DNA from: Heptranchias perlo
Lineage: Eukaryota
Assembly: GCF_035084215.1 (NCBI RefSeq)
Contig: NW_027139729.1
Location: 1,426,001 to 1,490,000 of the forward strand
Length of the DNA: 64,000 nt
Direction of reading: 5' to 3'
Each line of letters begins with the position of its first letter. Position 1 is the stretch's first letter. Below are positions 50,301-64,000 of the stretch, one piece after another. A program made the translations under genes and the position numbers. The notes under the pieces were generated by a model, which did no database searches, had not been told where the DNA came from, and worked only from the letters and a program-made list of their open reading frames with translations.

Positions 50301-53300
50301 ATTAAAGCTGCAGTATTGAACTCCATAATGTGATCTGAGACAATAATTATAGACAGATGCAGAATAAATCTCACACTCTTATGGTACCAACGTTGACAGA
50401 GAATGTATCCCAAACTCTCATAATCTACCAGAGACTGGCAGATTAAGTATGAATCCCACACTCACACAGCATCAGAGACTGCATATATCAAATGAATCGC
50501 AAACTCAAACACACTACTGACAAGATACACAATGAATCCCACACAGTATCACGGACTGAGAGATACAAAATGAATCTCTCAGTCACCTACATTAGTGCAG
50601 GCTGAGTTACAAATTAGGGACCAGTCCACAAATCTCAGTGTCAGATTGAAAGATACAGTACCATTTCCATTAGTGCAGACTGAGCTACATATTAATTACC
50701 AATACAAAAGACCAATGCAGATTCAGACTGAAATATACGGTATTCCATTTATGCAGACTGAGCAACACATTGTATATAAGTTCAACATGTCACCATGTCA
50801 GTTTGGAAGATACACTGTATCACAATTGTGTTCACATTGATGCAGATTTAATAGTAGCCAAAAAGTGCAGTGATTCTCTGATTGTAACCTACAGCATCAC
50901 ATTTTAACGTATATAATTACCTACCACTTAAACACTGGGAAAAATTATTTATACATTTATGTATTAAAGATACAGGTTTGAATGCCATGCTGTGAAATGA
51001 GATACAAATTAGATACAGATAAAGAATGAATCTCATACTCAGATCCAGTGCCAGAGACTGACATATAGAATGAATCCCTCACTCACACAATGTCCCACTG
51101 ACTGACAGATACAGAATGAATCCCACACTCACATACAGTAGCACAGACTGACAGATACAGTATATATGTCACTCATATACAGTATCAGAGATTGATGGAA
51201 ATGGAATGAATGTCTCACTCACATACAGCACCAGAGACTGACAGATATGGAATTAATCCCAAATTCACACACGGTGCCAGAGACTGACAGGAACAGAATG
51301 AATCTCATTCAGATACAGTACAAGGGGCTGAAATATATAGAATCAATCCCACACTCACACACAGTACCACAGGCTGACAGAATCAGAATGAATCACAAAG
51401 TACCACAGTCAGTCAAATACAGAATGAATCTCTAAGTCAAATCACTGCAGACTGAGTTACACAAATCTTAGTGTCAGATTGAAAGATAATGTATCAATTC
51501 CATTAGTGCAGACTGAGCCAAACATTATATAGCAGTCCAACACTGTCAGACCATATCAGACTCAAAGATACAACATCAATTCCATTAGCATGTACTGAGC
51601 TACATGTTACACACCAGTCCAAAAATCTCATACAGTAACAGACTGTTAGATACATTATCAATTCTATTAGTGCAGGCTGAGCTATATGTTACATTCCAGT
51701 CCAAAAATCTCAGTGTCAGACTGAGATACAGAATTAATTCCATTATTATAGACTGAGCTACACATTATATACCAGTTAAATAATTTCACCATGGAGAGAT
51801 TGAAAGGTACATTATCATTCACAACAGAGTTCAGAGATGAAGATGTAATACACTCACAAACATTGTTTGATTAAAGAAAATCCAAAAGTGTATCAATATT
51901 TACAAATTAAACACTTGATAAAAAACGGCATATACATTAAAGTATTAAAGATATAGTTTCAAATACAATAATATAAACTGAAATAAGAACACAGAATGAA
52001 ATCAGACTTGCACATTGTCTCAGAGACTGAATTATAGAATAAAACCCAGATTGAGATAAATTGGCTGAGACTGACAGATACAGAATGTATCCTAAACTCA
52101 TATAAGTATCAGAGACTGACAGATACAGAATAAAGCCCACATTCACATGCAGCACCAGAGACAGACAGAAACAGAATGAATCCCACACTCACACACAGTA
52201 CCAGAGACAGACAGAAACAGAATGAATCCCACACTCACACACAGTACCAAAGGCAGACAGATACAGAATAAACCCCATACTCATGTGCAGTACCAGATAC
52301 AGACAGGTACAGAATAAACCCCACACTTATATACAGTATCAGAGACTGAAAAATACAGAATAAACCGCACACTCATATACAGCACCAGAGACAGACAGAA
52401 GCAGAATAAACCTGAAACTCGCATACAGTACCCGTTACAGACAGATACAGAATAAACCCCACACACGTACAGTACCACAGACTGACAGGCACAGAATGAA
52501 TCCCACACTCACACACAGTACCAGACACTGACAGATACAGAATAACCCTCACATTCATATACAGTACCAGAAACAGACAAATAAAGAATAAACCCCACAC
52601 TCATTTGCAGTACCAGAGACAGACAGATACAGAATGAATCCCAAATTCACACAAGGTACCAGAGACTGACATACACTGAATAAACCCCACACTCACATAT
52701 AGCACCAGAGACTGACAGATACAGTATATACCCCCCACTCATTTGCAGCTCAAGAGACTGACAGATACAGAATAAACCCCACACTCATATACAGTACCAG
52801 AGACTGACAGATACAGAATAAACCCCAAACACATCTACAGTATCAGAGACACACAATTACAGAATAAACCCCACACTGACACACAGTTCCAGAGACTGAC
52901 AGATACAGAATAAACCTCACACTCATGTACAGTATCAGAGACTGACTTATACAGAATGAATCTTATACTCACACACAGTACCAGAGACTGACAGATACAG
53001 AATAAAGCCCAACCTCATATATTGTACCAGAGACAGATAAATGCAAAATAAACACCAAACACATCTACAGTATCGGAGATAGACAGATAGAGAATAAACC
53101 CCACACTCACACACAGTACCAGAGACAGACACAGAATAAAAGCTACACTCACACACAGTACCAGAGACAGACAGATACAGAATAAAACCTACACTCACAC
53201 ACAGTACCAGAGCCTGATAGATACAGAATGAATCCCACACTCACACACAGTACCAGAGACAGACAGGCACAGAATAAACCCCACACTCACACACAGTACC

Positions 53301-53390
53301 AGAGAGTGAAAAATACAGAATAAACACCAAACTCTTGTACAGGATCAGAGACTGACAGATACAGAATAAACCCAACAATCATGTAAAGTG
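47358..53390 (-). repeat. Inverted segmental duplicate (B') of ~8160-15810, including promoter and composite satellite
   Basis: Reverse-complement matches: 48170-48900 to 14290-15010; 49000-50300 to 12830-14200; 46- and 80-mers in reverse orientation at 50400-53390. Confidence 0.9.
48430..48819 (+). promoter_or_regulatory. CpG promoter and putative first exon (copy B'), candidate 5' end of the 11-finger ZNF
   Basis: GCGCATGCG x2, GC box, donor CCAGG/GTAAGG at 48819/48820; candidate acceptor TTTTACAG/ at 55307. Confidence 0.55.
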
Positions 53391-53413
53391 CCAGGAAAAA
53401 TCGTTTGGTTAGT

Positions 53414-54865
53414 GTGTGTCTGTAAATGAAGGAAACATGTTGTCTGGTAAGGGAGTGTCTATACATGAAGGAAAAACGGTGAAGGGTCAGGGAATATCTA
53501 TAAATGAAAGAGAAATGGTGACAGGTCAGGGAGTGTCTAAAAATGAAGGCGAAATGGTGACGGGTTACGGAGTGTCCATAAAGGAGGGAGAAATGGTGAC
53601 AGATGAGGCAGAGTCTGTAAATGAAGGAGGAATGGTGATTGGTCCGGGAGTGTCTGTAAATGAAGGAGGAATGGTGATTGGTCCGGGAGTGTCTGTAAAT
53701 GAAGGAGGAATGGTGATTGGTCCGGGAGTGTCTGTAAATGAAGGAGGAACGGTGATTGGTCCGGGAGTGTCTGTAAATGAAGGAGGAACGGTGATTGGTC
53801 CGGGAGTGTCTTCAAATGCAGGAGAATTGTTGACAGGTCAGGTAGTGTCCATATCTGAAGGAGAAACAGTGATGGGTCAGGGAGCGTCTATTAATGAAGG
53901 GAAATGCTGACGGGTCAGGGAGAGTTTGTAAATGAAGGAGAAATGCTGAAGGGTCAGGAAGCGTCTATAAATGGAGGAGAAATTGTGTTTGATCAGGGAA
54001 TGTCTGAAAATGAAGGCAAAATGGTGACTGGTCAGGGGGTTTCTGCAAATGAAGGAGGAATGGTGATTGGTCAGGGGGTGTCTGTAAATGAAGGCGAAAT
54101 GGTGACTGGTCAGGGGGTGTCTGTAAATGAAGGCGAAATGGTGACTGGTCAGGGAGAGTCTGTAAATGAAGGAGGAATGGTGATTGGTCTGGGAGTGTCT
54201 GTAAATGAAGGAGCAACGGTGACTGGTGCGGGAGTGTCTGGAAATGAAGGAGAAATGGTGACTGGTCAGGGGGTGTCTGTAAATGAAGGAGGAACGGTGA
54301 CTGGTGCGGGAGTGTCTGTAAATGAAGGCGAAATGGTGACTGGTCAGGGGGTGTCTGTAAATGAAGGAGAAATGGTGACTGGTCAGGGGGTGTCTGTAAA
54401 TGAAGGCGAAATGGTGACTGGTCAGGGGGTGTCTGTAAATGAAGGAGAAATGGTGACTGGTCAGTGGGTGTCTGTAAATGAAGGCGAAATGGTGACTGGT
54501 CAGGGGGTGTCTGTAAATGAAGGCGAAATGGTGACTGTCAGGGAGAGTCTGTCAATGAAGGAGGAACGGTGATTGGTCCGGGAGTGTCTGTAAATGAAGG
54601 CGAAATGGTGATTGGTCCGGGGGTGTCTGTAAATGAAGGAGGAACGGTGATTGGTCCGGGAGTGTCTGTAAATGCAGGAGAATTGTCGACAGGTCAGGTA
54701 GTGTCGATATCTGAAGGAGAAATGCTGAAGGGTCAGGGAGCGTCTATAAATGTAGGAGAAATTGTGTTTGATCAGGGAGTGTCTGAAAATGAAGGAGAAA
54801 TTGTGATAGGTCAAGGAAAATCTTTAAATGAAGGAGAAATGGTGACTGTTCAGGGAGAGTCTGTC
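53414..54865. repeat. 39-bp purine-rich minisatellite, ~37 units
   Basis: GGTCAGGGGGTGTCTGTAAATGAAGGCGAAATGGTGACT; the + frame reads (GVSVNEGEMVTGQ)n, broken by frameshifts near 53900 and 54540. Confidence 0.9.
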
Positions 54866-55659
54866 GCCAAAATTGGGAGATATCACAGATGGACGGCTTA
54901 CAGGCAGCTATAGGGAGGGACATTGTGTGGAAATGAGGGGCAGAGCATATGCACACAGCCAGAGTCAGCATATTCAGGAGAGGAGAGGGGAATCAGTGAG
55001 TGTGGAACTGAATCCAGCCAGAGTCAGCACCTTCAGGGGAGGAGAGGGAGGGGAACCACTGAGTGTAGAACTGAACCCAGTCACAGTCGGGATCTTCAGG
55101 AGAGAGAGAAAACTTAAATAGAAGGAAAAATGTTGGAGGTGGTGCGATGGGTTTGGGTTTCAGCAGAGGGAGGAGGGTGAGTGTGTGGGACGCGGATTTA
55201 CAGTCTGGGGGAATGAGCGGGAAGAATGTTCTATTGAAACTAGAATTGCCTGTTATGAATTTCTATCCTGTATTCACAGTGAGGACTTTTGTTATCTCCT
55301 TTTACAGGGTATTACAAGGGGAGGATTTGCAGACGAGAAACGCAAACCAAATATCACGTCAAGATCTGACTCCATTCACCAGCACCTGAAGATTATCGGC
55401 CTTAAAATGTCGGACAAATGTTGATCTGTTCTATCTGTGGGAAAATATTTCAAACATCACTGTGACTGCAATAGCAGCGAGACACTCACACCCGATTGAG
55501 AGTGTTCCAGTGCACTGACTGTGGGAAGAGCTTTCACCAGTTACACAGCCTGAAGAAACATCACACCATTCACAGTGGGGAGAAACGAAACACGTGTTCT
55601 CTGTGTGGACGAGACTTCTACTGATCTCCAACGTGGAGAGAGAGAAGGACACCCGCACC

Positions 55660-56586
55660 ATGGAGAAACCGTGGAAATGTGGGGACTGTGGGAGGGGATT
55701 CAGTTGCTCATCCCGGCTCGAAACTCATCGACGCAGACACACTGGGGAGAGGCCGTTCACCTGCTCCGTTTGTGGGAAGGGATTCACTCAGTCATCCCAC
55801 CTCATTGAACATCAACTTGTTCACACTGATAGGAGACTTTTTAAATGTTCTGTCTGTGAGAAGAGCTTTAAAAGAAAAAGTGATCTGCTGATACACCAAC
55901 GCATTCACAGTGGGGAGAGGCCGTTCACCTGCTCCGTGTGTGCGAAGGGATTCATTCAGTCATCCAACCTGCTGACACACCAGCGAATTCACACTGGGGA
56001 GAGGCCGTTCACCTGCTCCGTGTGTGGGAGCAGATTCACTCAATCTTCCCACCTCATTGAACATCAACTTGTTCACAATGATAAGTGTCTTTTTAAATGT
56101 TCTGTCTGTGAGAAAAGCTTTAAAAGAAAAAGTGATCTGCTGACACACGAACGTACTCACACTGGGGAGAGGCCGTTCACCTGCTCCGTGTGTGGGAAGG
56201 GATTCACTCGATCATCCAGCCTACTGATACACCAGCGAGTCCACACTGGGGAGAGGCTGTTCACCTGCTCCGTGTGTGGGAAGAGTTTCACTCGATCATC
56301 CCACCTGCTGAGACATCAGCAAGTTCACATCGGGGAGAGGCCATTCACCTGCTCCCTGTGCGGGAAGGGATTCGCTCAGTCATCCACCCTGCTGACACAC
56401 CAGCGAGTTCACACTGGGGAGAGGCCGTTCACCTGCTTCGTGTGTGGGAAGAGATTCAGTCAGTCATCCACCCTGCTGACACACCAGCGAGTTCACACTG
56501 GGGAGAGGCCGATCACCTGCTCCGTGTGTGGGATGGGATTCACTCAGTCATCCCTCCTGCTGAGTCACCAGCGAGTTCACATGTGA
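55660..56586 (+). CDS. C2H2 zinc-finger protein exon, 11 fingers (from [10 protein letters not shown]), no KRAB visible
   Basis: 308 aa of intact 28-aa units with TGERPF linkers; AATAAA at 56729. Confidence 0.9.
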   Translation: MEKPWKCGDCGRGFSCSSRLETHRRRHTGERPFTCSVCGKGFTQSSHLIEHQLVHTDRRLFKCSVCEKSFKRKSDLLIHQRIHSGERPFTCSVCAKGFIQSSNLLTHQRIHTGERPFTCSVCGSRFTQSSHLIEHQLVHNDKCLFKCSVCEKSFKRKSDLLTHERTHTGERPFTCSVCGKGFTRSSSLLIHQRVHTGERLFTCSVCGKSFTRSSHLLRHQQVHIGERPFTCSLCGKGFAQSSTLLTHQRVHTGERPFTCFVCGKRFSQSSTLLTHQRVHTGERPITCSVCGMGFTQSSLLLSHQRVHM

Positions 56587-57242
56587 CTGCAGGGGTTGGA
56601 TTCTGCTGTTGTTGCTGATGTTAATCACATCCAGGACTGAACCGTGTTCATTCTGACAGTTGGGGTTTGTTTCAGATATTAATAATCCCTTTAACTGGGC
56701 TGGAGTTTAATATCCTGTACAAGTGTCAAATAAATCAGCTTTCTTTTAAACACAGTATTTCTAGTCCTTGATATCTCGATGATAAGACAAGCTGATTGAG
56801 GAATTATGATGAAGTGAGTGGAATCCATCTTGCAACTGAGTTCCTCCACCTTTTTAAAAGATGGATCTACAAGATGTCCAAGTCTGACAGGACAGAAAGT
56901 TCTATTATATCACAGGGTCCACTTCAATCAGCTGAGCAGATTTCCACTACCCTTGTGTGAAAAAGAGTTTCCTGATTTCACTCCAAGACACCCTCGCTCT
57001 AAATTTAAGTTTATGTCCTCTTGTTCTGGATTCACCGACCAGAGAAAATAGTTTCTATTTCAACCCTATCGAATCCCTTTATAATTTTAAATATCTGGTT
57101 CAGATCACCCCTCAACCTTCTAAACTCAAGGGAATGCAAATCAAGTTTATACAACCGGTCCTCATTAATTGAACCCTTCAAGCCCCAGTGTCATTCTGGT
57201 GAATCTGCACTGTCCTCCCTCCAAGGCCAATATATCCAATAT

Positions 57243-58031
57243 GTCCCAGCACTGACTGTGTCCATAACAGGACTGAGTGCCCCAGCACTGACTGTGTGTA
57301 TAACAGGACTGAGTGTCCCAGCAATGACTGTGTGTGTAACAGGACTGTCTCACGCAGCACTGATTGTGCGAACAACAGGACTGAGTATCCCAGTACTGAC
57401 TGTGTGGATAACAGGGCTGACTGTCCCAGTACTGACTGTCCCAGCACTCACTGTATGTATAAAAGGACTGAATATCCCAGCACTGACTGTGTGTGTAACA
57501 GGACTGACTGTCCCAGCACTGAATCTGTGTCCCAGCACTGACAGTGTGTCGAACAGGACTGAGTGTCCCAGCACTGAATGTGTGTATAACAGGATTAAGT
57601 GTCCCAGCATTGACTGTGTGTGGAACAGGACTGAGTGTCCCAGCACTGACAGTGTGTATAACAGTACTGAGTTTCCTAGCATTGACTGTGTGTATAATAG
57701 AACTGAATGTCCCAGCTTTGACAGTGTGTCTAATAGAACTGAGTGTCCCAGCTTTGACAGTGTGTATAATAGAACTGAGTGTCCCAGCATTGACTGTGTG
57801 CACAACAGGACTGAGTGTCCCAGCATTGACTGTGTGTATAACAGGACTGAGTGTCCCAGCACTGACTGTGTGTATAACAGGACTGAGTGTCCCAGCACTG
57901 ACTGTGTGTATAACAGGACTGAATGTCCCAGCACTGACTGTGTGTATAACAGGACTGAGTGTCCCAGCACTGACTGTGTGTATAACAGGACTGAGTGTCC
58001 CAGCATTGACCGTGTGTATAACAGGACTGAA
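57243..58031. repeat. 36-bp minisatellite, ~21 units
   Basis: TGTGTATAACAGGACTGAGTGTCCCAGCACTGACTG. Confidence 0.92.
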
Positions 58032-59399
58032 TTGAGAAAAGAGCCAGAGGGAGATGAGGAGAATGTGTTTAGGCCGCGAGTTGTTCTGATCTGGAATTCA
58101 CTGCCTGAAAGGGCGGTGGGAGCAGATTCAATAATAACTTTCAAAAGGGAATCGGGTCAATCCTTGAAGGGGGGAAATTTGCGGGACTGTGGGGAAAGAG
58201 CAGGGGGAGTGGGACTAATGGGATCGCTCTTTCACAGGGCCGGCACGGGCGCGATGGGCCGAGCGGCCTCTTGCAAAGAGCCGTCACAGGCGCGATGGGT
58301 CGAGCGGCCTCTCTCTGTGCTGTTTGATTCCCGCTCAATTTTGGGCTCCGACCCACGGCCCGTTTGACGGGGAGGCGGGAGAGTGACTCCCCCCCGAGCC
58401 CAGCTCGACACCGGGTGCTGACAGAGTGGAGATTCACGGGGCCCGCAGGAGGCCCCGAGTAACTCCCCCCCCCGTCTCGCCTCCCCGCTCTCCCCTCTCA
58501 GGCCACTCCCGGGTGCGGGCCCTCCCTCTCTCTGCCTCGCCCCCGCCCACAGCACCGCCCGCCCGCCGGCCTCGGCCGCCATCATCATCCTCCCGGCGCC
58601 GGCCTGTTGCTAAGGTAACGCGGCACGGAGACCGCGCGGCGCATGCGCGTCGTTCTTCATGCCGGTGCAACACGTACGCGTCGTGACGACAGCGCGCAGA
58701 GGTGAGTGACGCTGCAGCGTGTCACATGATGGGTGGAGTCAGCCCAGGAGTGGAGGGGGTTGGGGAGGTGAGAGCTGTCAATCAAAGGACCCGGAGTCAG
58801 CACCCACTGAGCAAAGGGATTGGAGAATTTGTTTAAAATGCCAAATCTGCAAGAATGAAATCAAAATACAAAAGTCCAAAAAATAGGAAAAAACTGTAAA
58901 TACAATAATCTGAATTATAAACAGAAATGTCCAAACTCACATAAGGCTGATGGCCTGGGTCCTCCCGCCACGATTAGTCTTCTCTACCTGGGGATTGGGA
59001 TGAGCAGAATGTTTGAATGTAACTTTTTTCAGGCAGAGGGTGTTGGATAGATGGAATGGACCAGCAAGGGAGGCAATGCGGCCAGATTTTATCAGCAAAT
59101 TTCAGAGAGTTGGCTAAGTACCTGATAGCGGTACCTTGGGATCTGACAGGCTAGAAATTGGGATCTTGAAAATTATTTTTGGTACATGTGCACTGGCTTT
59201 TAGTGATTGGTGTCCGTGGACACCCATCCCCATTTGTTCCTCTACAATTCCTAGCTTCTCATCATTCAGAAAATACTTCTATTTCTCACCTGATGCCTGC
59301 ATAGGTGCTCTTTGCATAACTCCCCACATCTTGAGTGTCCAGCTCTGTTTCTATTGTTCATTGTCCAATAACAACGGACGCGGTGAGACTGGAACTTTT

Positions 59400-60385
59400 T
59401 ACATTTGAAAATATACCTTATTTCATAAAATTTAAAGATATACACAATTCACTGTCAGTATCAGAGCTACAATTCAAAACAATAGCGTACAGATCGTACA
59501 CACTCCGATTCCGTCATTACAATTCAAAACACAGTACATATCTTTCAAAACATTTTGTACAATACAAAGTGAAATGGCCTTGCACGGTGGCCTTTCTCCA
59601 TTGAGCATTTGCGTAGGCCACACCTCACTTCAGTGTATCCCGCAGCACGTACTCCTGGACATTGGCGTGTGCCAGTCAGCAAAACTCGATCGTGGACAAC
59701 TCCTTCAGCTCCAAGACCAGCAGTTTTTGGGATGGACCAAAGTGCCTCCCTCACCGAGTTGATGGCCTTCCAGCAGCAGTTGATATCTGTCTCAGTGTGC
59801 ATCCTGGGGAACTGCCAGTAGAGCAGAGCGTCCTATGTTACGGAGCTGTAGAGGATGAACTGTGACAGATACCAACGCATCTCCTCTCCACACCTTCTAT
59901 GCAAAGGGGTAGTCCACCAGGAGATGGACGACAATCTCTTCCCTGCTGCAGCCCCGAGGGCAGCTCACTGTGGCACTGAAATGCCATGTACAGGAAAGAC
60001 CACACTGGAAGGGCCTTTCTCACCACCATCCAAGCTACATCCTCGTGCCTGTTGGTCAATTCCGGCGATGATACGTTCCGCTAAATGGCTTCGACCATCT
60101 AATCGGGAAACTGCCCGATCGGATCCACCCTTTCCTTTCCCTGCAAGACCCCCAGAACGTTCCGTGCCAACCACTGTCTGACGGCCTTGTGATTGAAAGA
60201 GTTCCTCTTCAGGAACCTCTCCACCTGGGACATGTGGTGGGTTACGTCGAGCTGGACGGGATGACTTGCATCTGCAATCCCAACCTCCTCAGTGTGGGGA
60301 CTGTCACTACCATTGGCATCAAACCCTAAACTTGCCACACTTGATTGCACGACTTGTGGGTGTAACAGGCAGAGTTGCAGCAATT
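59400..60385 (-). mobile_element. L1/Tx1-type LINE 3' portion
   Basis: ORF2 C-terminal remnants NRHEDVAWMVVRKALPV, CWKAINSVREALW; 3' UTR with AATAA. Confidence 0.75.
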
Positions 60386-60402
60386 CAATTTACACTCAAA
60401 AA

Positions 60403-63275
60403 TCATAGAATCTTAGAAAATTTAAGGAACAGAAGGAGACCATTGGGCCTATTGTGACCGCGCTGGCTGAGAAACGAGCCACCCAGCCTAATCACACTTC
60501 CCCGCATTTGGTCCGTAGCGCTGCAGGTCAGGGCTCTTCAGGTGCACATCCAGGTATTCGTTAAATGAGTTGAGGGTTTCTGCCTCTACCACCCTCTCTG
60601 GCAGTGAGTTCCAGACACCCCCGCCCTCTGGGTGAAAAAAAAATCCTAATTTCTGCTCTAATCCTTCTACCAATCACTTTAAATCTATGCCCGCTGGTTA
60701 TTGACCCCTATGCTAAGGGAAATAGGTCCTTCCTATCCACTCTATCTAGGTCCCTCATAATTTTGTACGTCTCAATCAAATCACCCCTCAGCCTCCTCTG
60801 TTCCAAGGTAAACAACCCCAGCCTATCCAATCTGTCATCGTAGCTAGATTTCTCCAGTCCTGGCAACATCCTCGTAAATCTCCTCTGTATCCTCTCTCGT
60901 GCAATTACATCCTTCCTGTAATGTGGTGACCAGAACTGTGCGCAGTAGGCAAGCTATGGCCCAACTCATGTTATATACAGTTCCAGCATAACATCCCTGC
61001 TTTTATATTGTGTGCCTCTGCTAATAAAGGAGGGCATTCTACATGCCTTCTTAACCACTTTATCTACCTGTCCTGCTACCTTCAGGGATCTGTGGACGTG
61101 CACTCCAATGTCCCTCACTTCCTCTACACCTCTCAGTATCCTCCCATTTATTGTGTATTCCCTTGCCTTGTTTGCTCTCCCCAAATGCTTCACCTCACAC
61201 TTCTCTGGATTGAACTCCATTTGCCATTTTTCTGCCCATCTGACCAGTCGGCTGATATCTTCCTGCAGTCTACAGCTTTCCTCCTCACTATCAACACACG
61301 GCCTATCTTTGTGTCATCCGCAAATTTCTTAATCATGTCCCCTACGTTTAAGTCCAAATCGTTAAAGTATACCACAAAAAGCAAAGGACCTAGTACTGAG
61401 CCCTGTGGAACCCCACTGGAAACAGCCTTCCAGTCACAAAAACACCCGTCGACCATTACCCTTTGCTTCCTGCCACTGAGCCAATTTTGGATCCAATTTG
61501 CCACACTCCCTTGGATCCCATGGGCCATTATTCTTTTGAACAATCTGCCATGTAGGACCTTGTCAAAAGCCCTACTACAATCCGTGTAGACTACATCAAT
61601 TGCACTACCCTCATTGGTCCTCCTTGTCACCTCCTCTAAAAATTCCATCAAGTTCGTCAGACACGAGCTCCCATGGACAAATCCATGCTGACTGTCCTTG
61701 ATTAGTCTGTGCCTTTCTAAGTGACAGTGTATCCTGTCCCTCAGAATTTATTCCAATAATTTGCCCGCCACCGAGGTTTGTCTGACTGGCCTATAATTAC
61801 TCGGTATATTCATCGCTCCCTTTTTAAACAATGGTACAACGTTAGCAGTCCTCCAATCCTCGGCAATATGCCTGTATCCAGTGAAGTTTGGTAAAGTGTC
61901 TGCTGCTTCCTCCCTGGCTGCCTTTAACAGCTTGGGATACATTTAATCTGGCCCTGGTGATTTCTCCACTTTCAAAGATGCTAATCCCCTTAATACTTCC
62001 TCTTTCACTATGTTTATCCCATCCAATATTTCACAAGCCTCCTCCTTAACTTCACTCCCTGCATCACCCCTCTCCCTTGTGAAGACAGTTGCAAAGTATT
62101 CATTAAGAACCATACCCATATCTTCCGCCTCCACACATAGTTTACCCTTTTTGGTCACTAATAGGCCCTACTCTTTCCTTAGATATCCTCTTGCTCTTAA
62201 TGTATTTATAAAACATCTTTGGATTTTCTTTGATTATACCTGCTAATATTTTTTCATGCCCTCTTTTTGCTTTCCTAATTTCCTTTTTAATTTCACCCCT
62301 GCACTTCGTATATCCTCTAAGTTTTCCGTAGTATTGAGTTCCCGGTGTCTTCCATAGGCTTTCTTTATCTGTCTTGTCTTACCCTGAATGCTTCTTGACA
62401 TCCAGTGGGCTCTAGATTTGTCAGCCCCTTCCTTTTTCTTTGTGGGAACATGTTTACCCTGAACGCCTTTGAATCACCCATTTGAATGAATCCCACTGTT
62501 CTGGCACTGATTTACCCTCAAGTAGCTGTTTCCTGTTTACTTCTGCTAAACCACTTCTCAGTTTAGTAAAATTGGCCTTCCCCCAATTGAAAGCTTTAAC
62601 TCCTGCTCTGTCTTAGTCCTTTTCCATAACTATGCTAAAACTAACTGTATTATGATCACCACCACCAAAATGCTCTCCCACTGCTACTTCTTCCACCTGC
62701 CCAGCCTCATTTTCTGGAATTAAATCCAGAACTCCACAGCCACCCCCACCCCACTGTCGTTGGGCTTGCTATAAACTGGCTAAAAAAAATCTCCTCTATG
62801 CAATGTAAGAATTCTGTGCCCTCCATACTATTCACACTGTTTGTATCCCAGTTAATATTAGGGTAATTGAAATCCCCTGCTATTACTGCCCTATTGTTTT
62901 TCCACTTCTCAGAAATGTGCCTTCATATTTGCTCCTCTATCTCCCTCTGACTGTTTGGGGGTCGAAAGCACACTCCGATTAGTGTGACTGCCCCTTTTTT
63001 GTTCTTTAGCTCAACAAATAAGGCCTCATGTGATGCTCCTTCTAAATTATCATCCCTCCTCACAATTGTAATTGTTTCCTTAACCAAAATTGTCACCCCC
63101 TCCTCTTTTATCTTCCTCTCTATCGCGTCTGAAAACCCTGTAACCAGGGACGTTGAGCTGCCAGTCCTGCCCCACTTTAAGCCATGTTTCTGTAATAGTT
63201 AAGATATCATACTTTCACGTGTTCTGAGCTCATCTGCCTTATTTCCTATACTCCTTGCATTGAGGTAAATACATT
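60403..63275 (-). mobile_element. Long degraded CR1 LINE (endonuclease to 3' tail)
   Basis: SGVPQGSVLGPLLF, KFADDTKI, WRTANVVPLFKKG, KSPGPD, GDFNYP; tail CATAGAATCTTAGAA at ~60403. Confidence 0.88.
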
Positions 63276-63277
63276 TA

Positions 63278-64000
63278 GGAATACAGGAACATAGGAACAT
63301 AGGAACAGTAGTAGGCCATTCAGCCCCTCGTGCCTGTTCCGCCATTTGAAAAGATCTTGGCTGATCTGTGATCTAACTCCATATACGTGCCTTTGGCCCA
63401 TATCCCTTAATAACTTTGGTTGCCGAAAAGCTATCTATCTCAGATTTAAATTTAGCTATTGAGATAGTTTCAATTGCCGTTTGCGGAAGAGAGTTCCAAA
63501 CTTCTACCACCCTTTGTGTGTAGAAATGTTTTCTAATCTCACTCCTGAAAGGTCTGGCTCTAATTTTTAGACTGTGCCCCCACTCCTAAAATCCCCAACC
63601 AGCGGAAATAGTTTCTCTCTATCCACCCTATCTGTTCCCCTTAATATCTTATAAACTTCGATCAGATCACCCCTTAACCTTCGAAACTCTAGAGAATACA
63701 ACCCCAATTCGTGTAATCTTTCCCCGTAACTTAACCCTTGAAGTCCGGGTATCATTCTAGTAAACCTACGCTGCACTCCCTCCAAGGCCAATATGTCCTT
63801 CGGAAGGTGCGGTGCCCAGAACTGCTCACAATACTTCAGGTGCGGTCTAACCAGGGTTTTGTGTCGCTGCAGCATAACTTCTGCCCCCTTGTACTCTAGT
63901 CCTCTAAATATAAAGGCCAGCATTCCATTAGCCTTCTTGATTATTTTCTGCACCTGTTCATGACACTTCAATGATCTATATACCAGTACCCCAAAGTTCC
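63278..64000 (-). mobile_element. Younger CR1 3' end with (AGGAACAT)n tail, running off the window
   Basis: ORF 63567-63971 (RPHLKYCEQFWAP...LEGVQRRFTRMIPG); 8-bp repeat tail at 63278-63308. Confidence 0.88.

Larger units (their letters stand above)
55150..59650 (-). repeat. Inverted segmental duplicate (C') of ~34330-40260
   Basis: Same order in reverse: ZNF, 3' UTR, CR1, 36-mer array, CR1 tail, CpG island, Tx1 3' end. Confidence 0.9.

Noticed and set aside
57021-58367. 448-aa Cys-rich ORF and overlapping ORFs on both strands (also 36799-37617)
   Set aside because: Artefact of a 36-bp minisatellite that is open in several frames and fused to CR1 sequence

Overview
Vertebrate nuclear DNA, most likely a cartilaginous fish (shark). 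This is inferred from the CR1/L2/Tx1/Penelope repeat set, a two-exon GPR139-like receptor and KRAB-less [10 protein letters not shown]-type zinc-finger exons. Genes: replication-dependent H2A and H2B with stem-loops, a degenerating second H2A, an intact tRNA-Gly(TCC) and a decayed paralogue, a two-exon GPR139/142-like GPCR (319 aa), two paralogous C2H2 ZNF exons (15 and 11 fingers) and a broken hAT/Buster-type transposase. The 45-60 kb half consists of three separately inverted copies of blocks from the 0-41 kb half. Composite satellites (46-bp and ~80-bp units) and 36-, 39-, 40- and 41-bp minisatellites are interspersed. The most striking signal is three independent ~190-225 bp fold-back insertions, each with a 12-14 bp target-site duplication and a complete minimal type I hammerhead ribozyme. 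The ribozyme shows a compensatory stem II change between copies, pointing to a recent Penelope-like/retrozyme-like non-autonomous family. One copy sits in the H2B promoter. All alignments were done by eye, so repeat boundaries are approximate.
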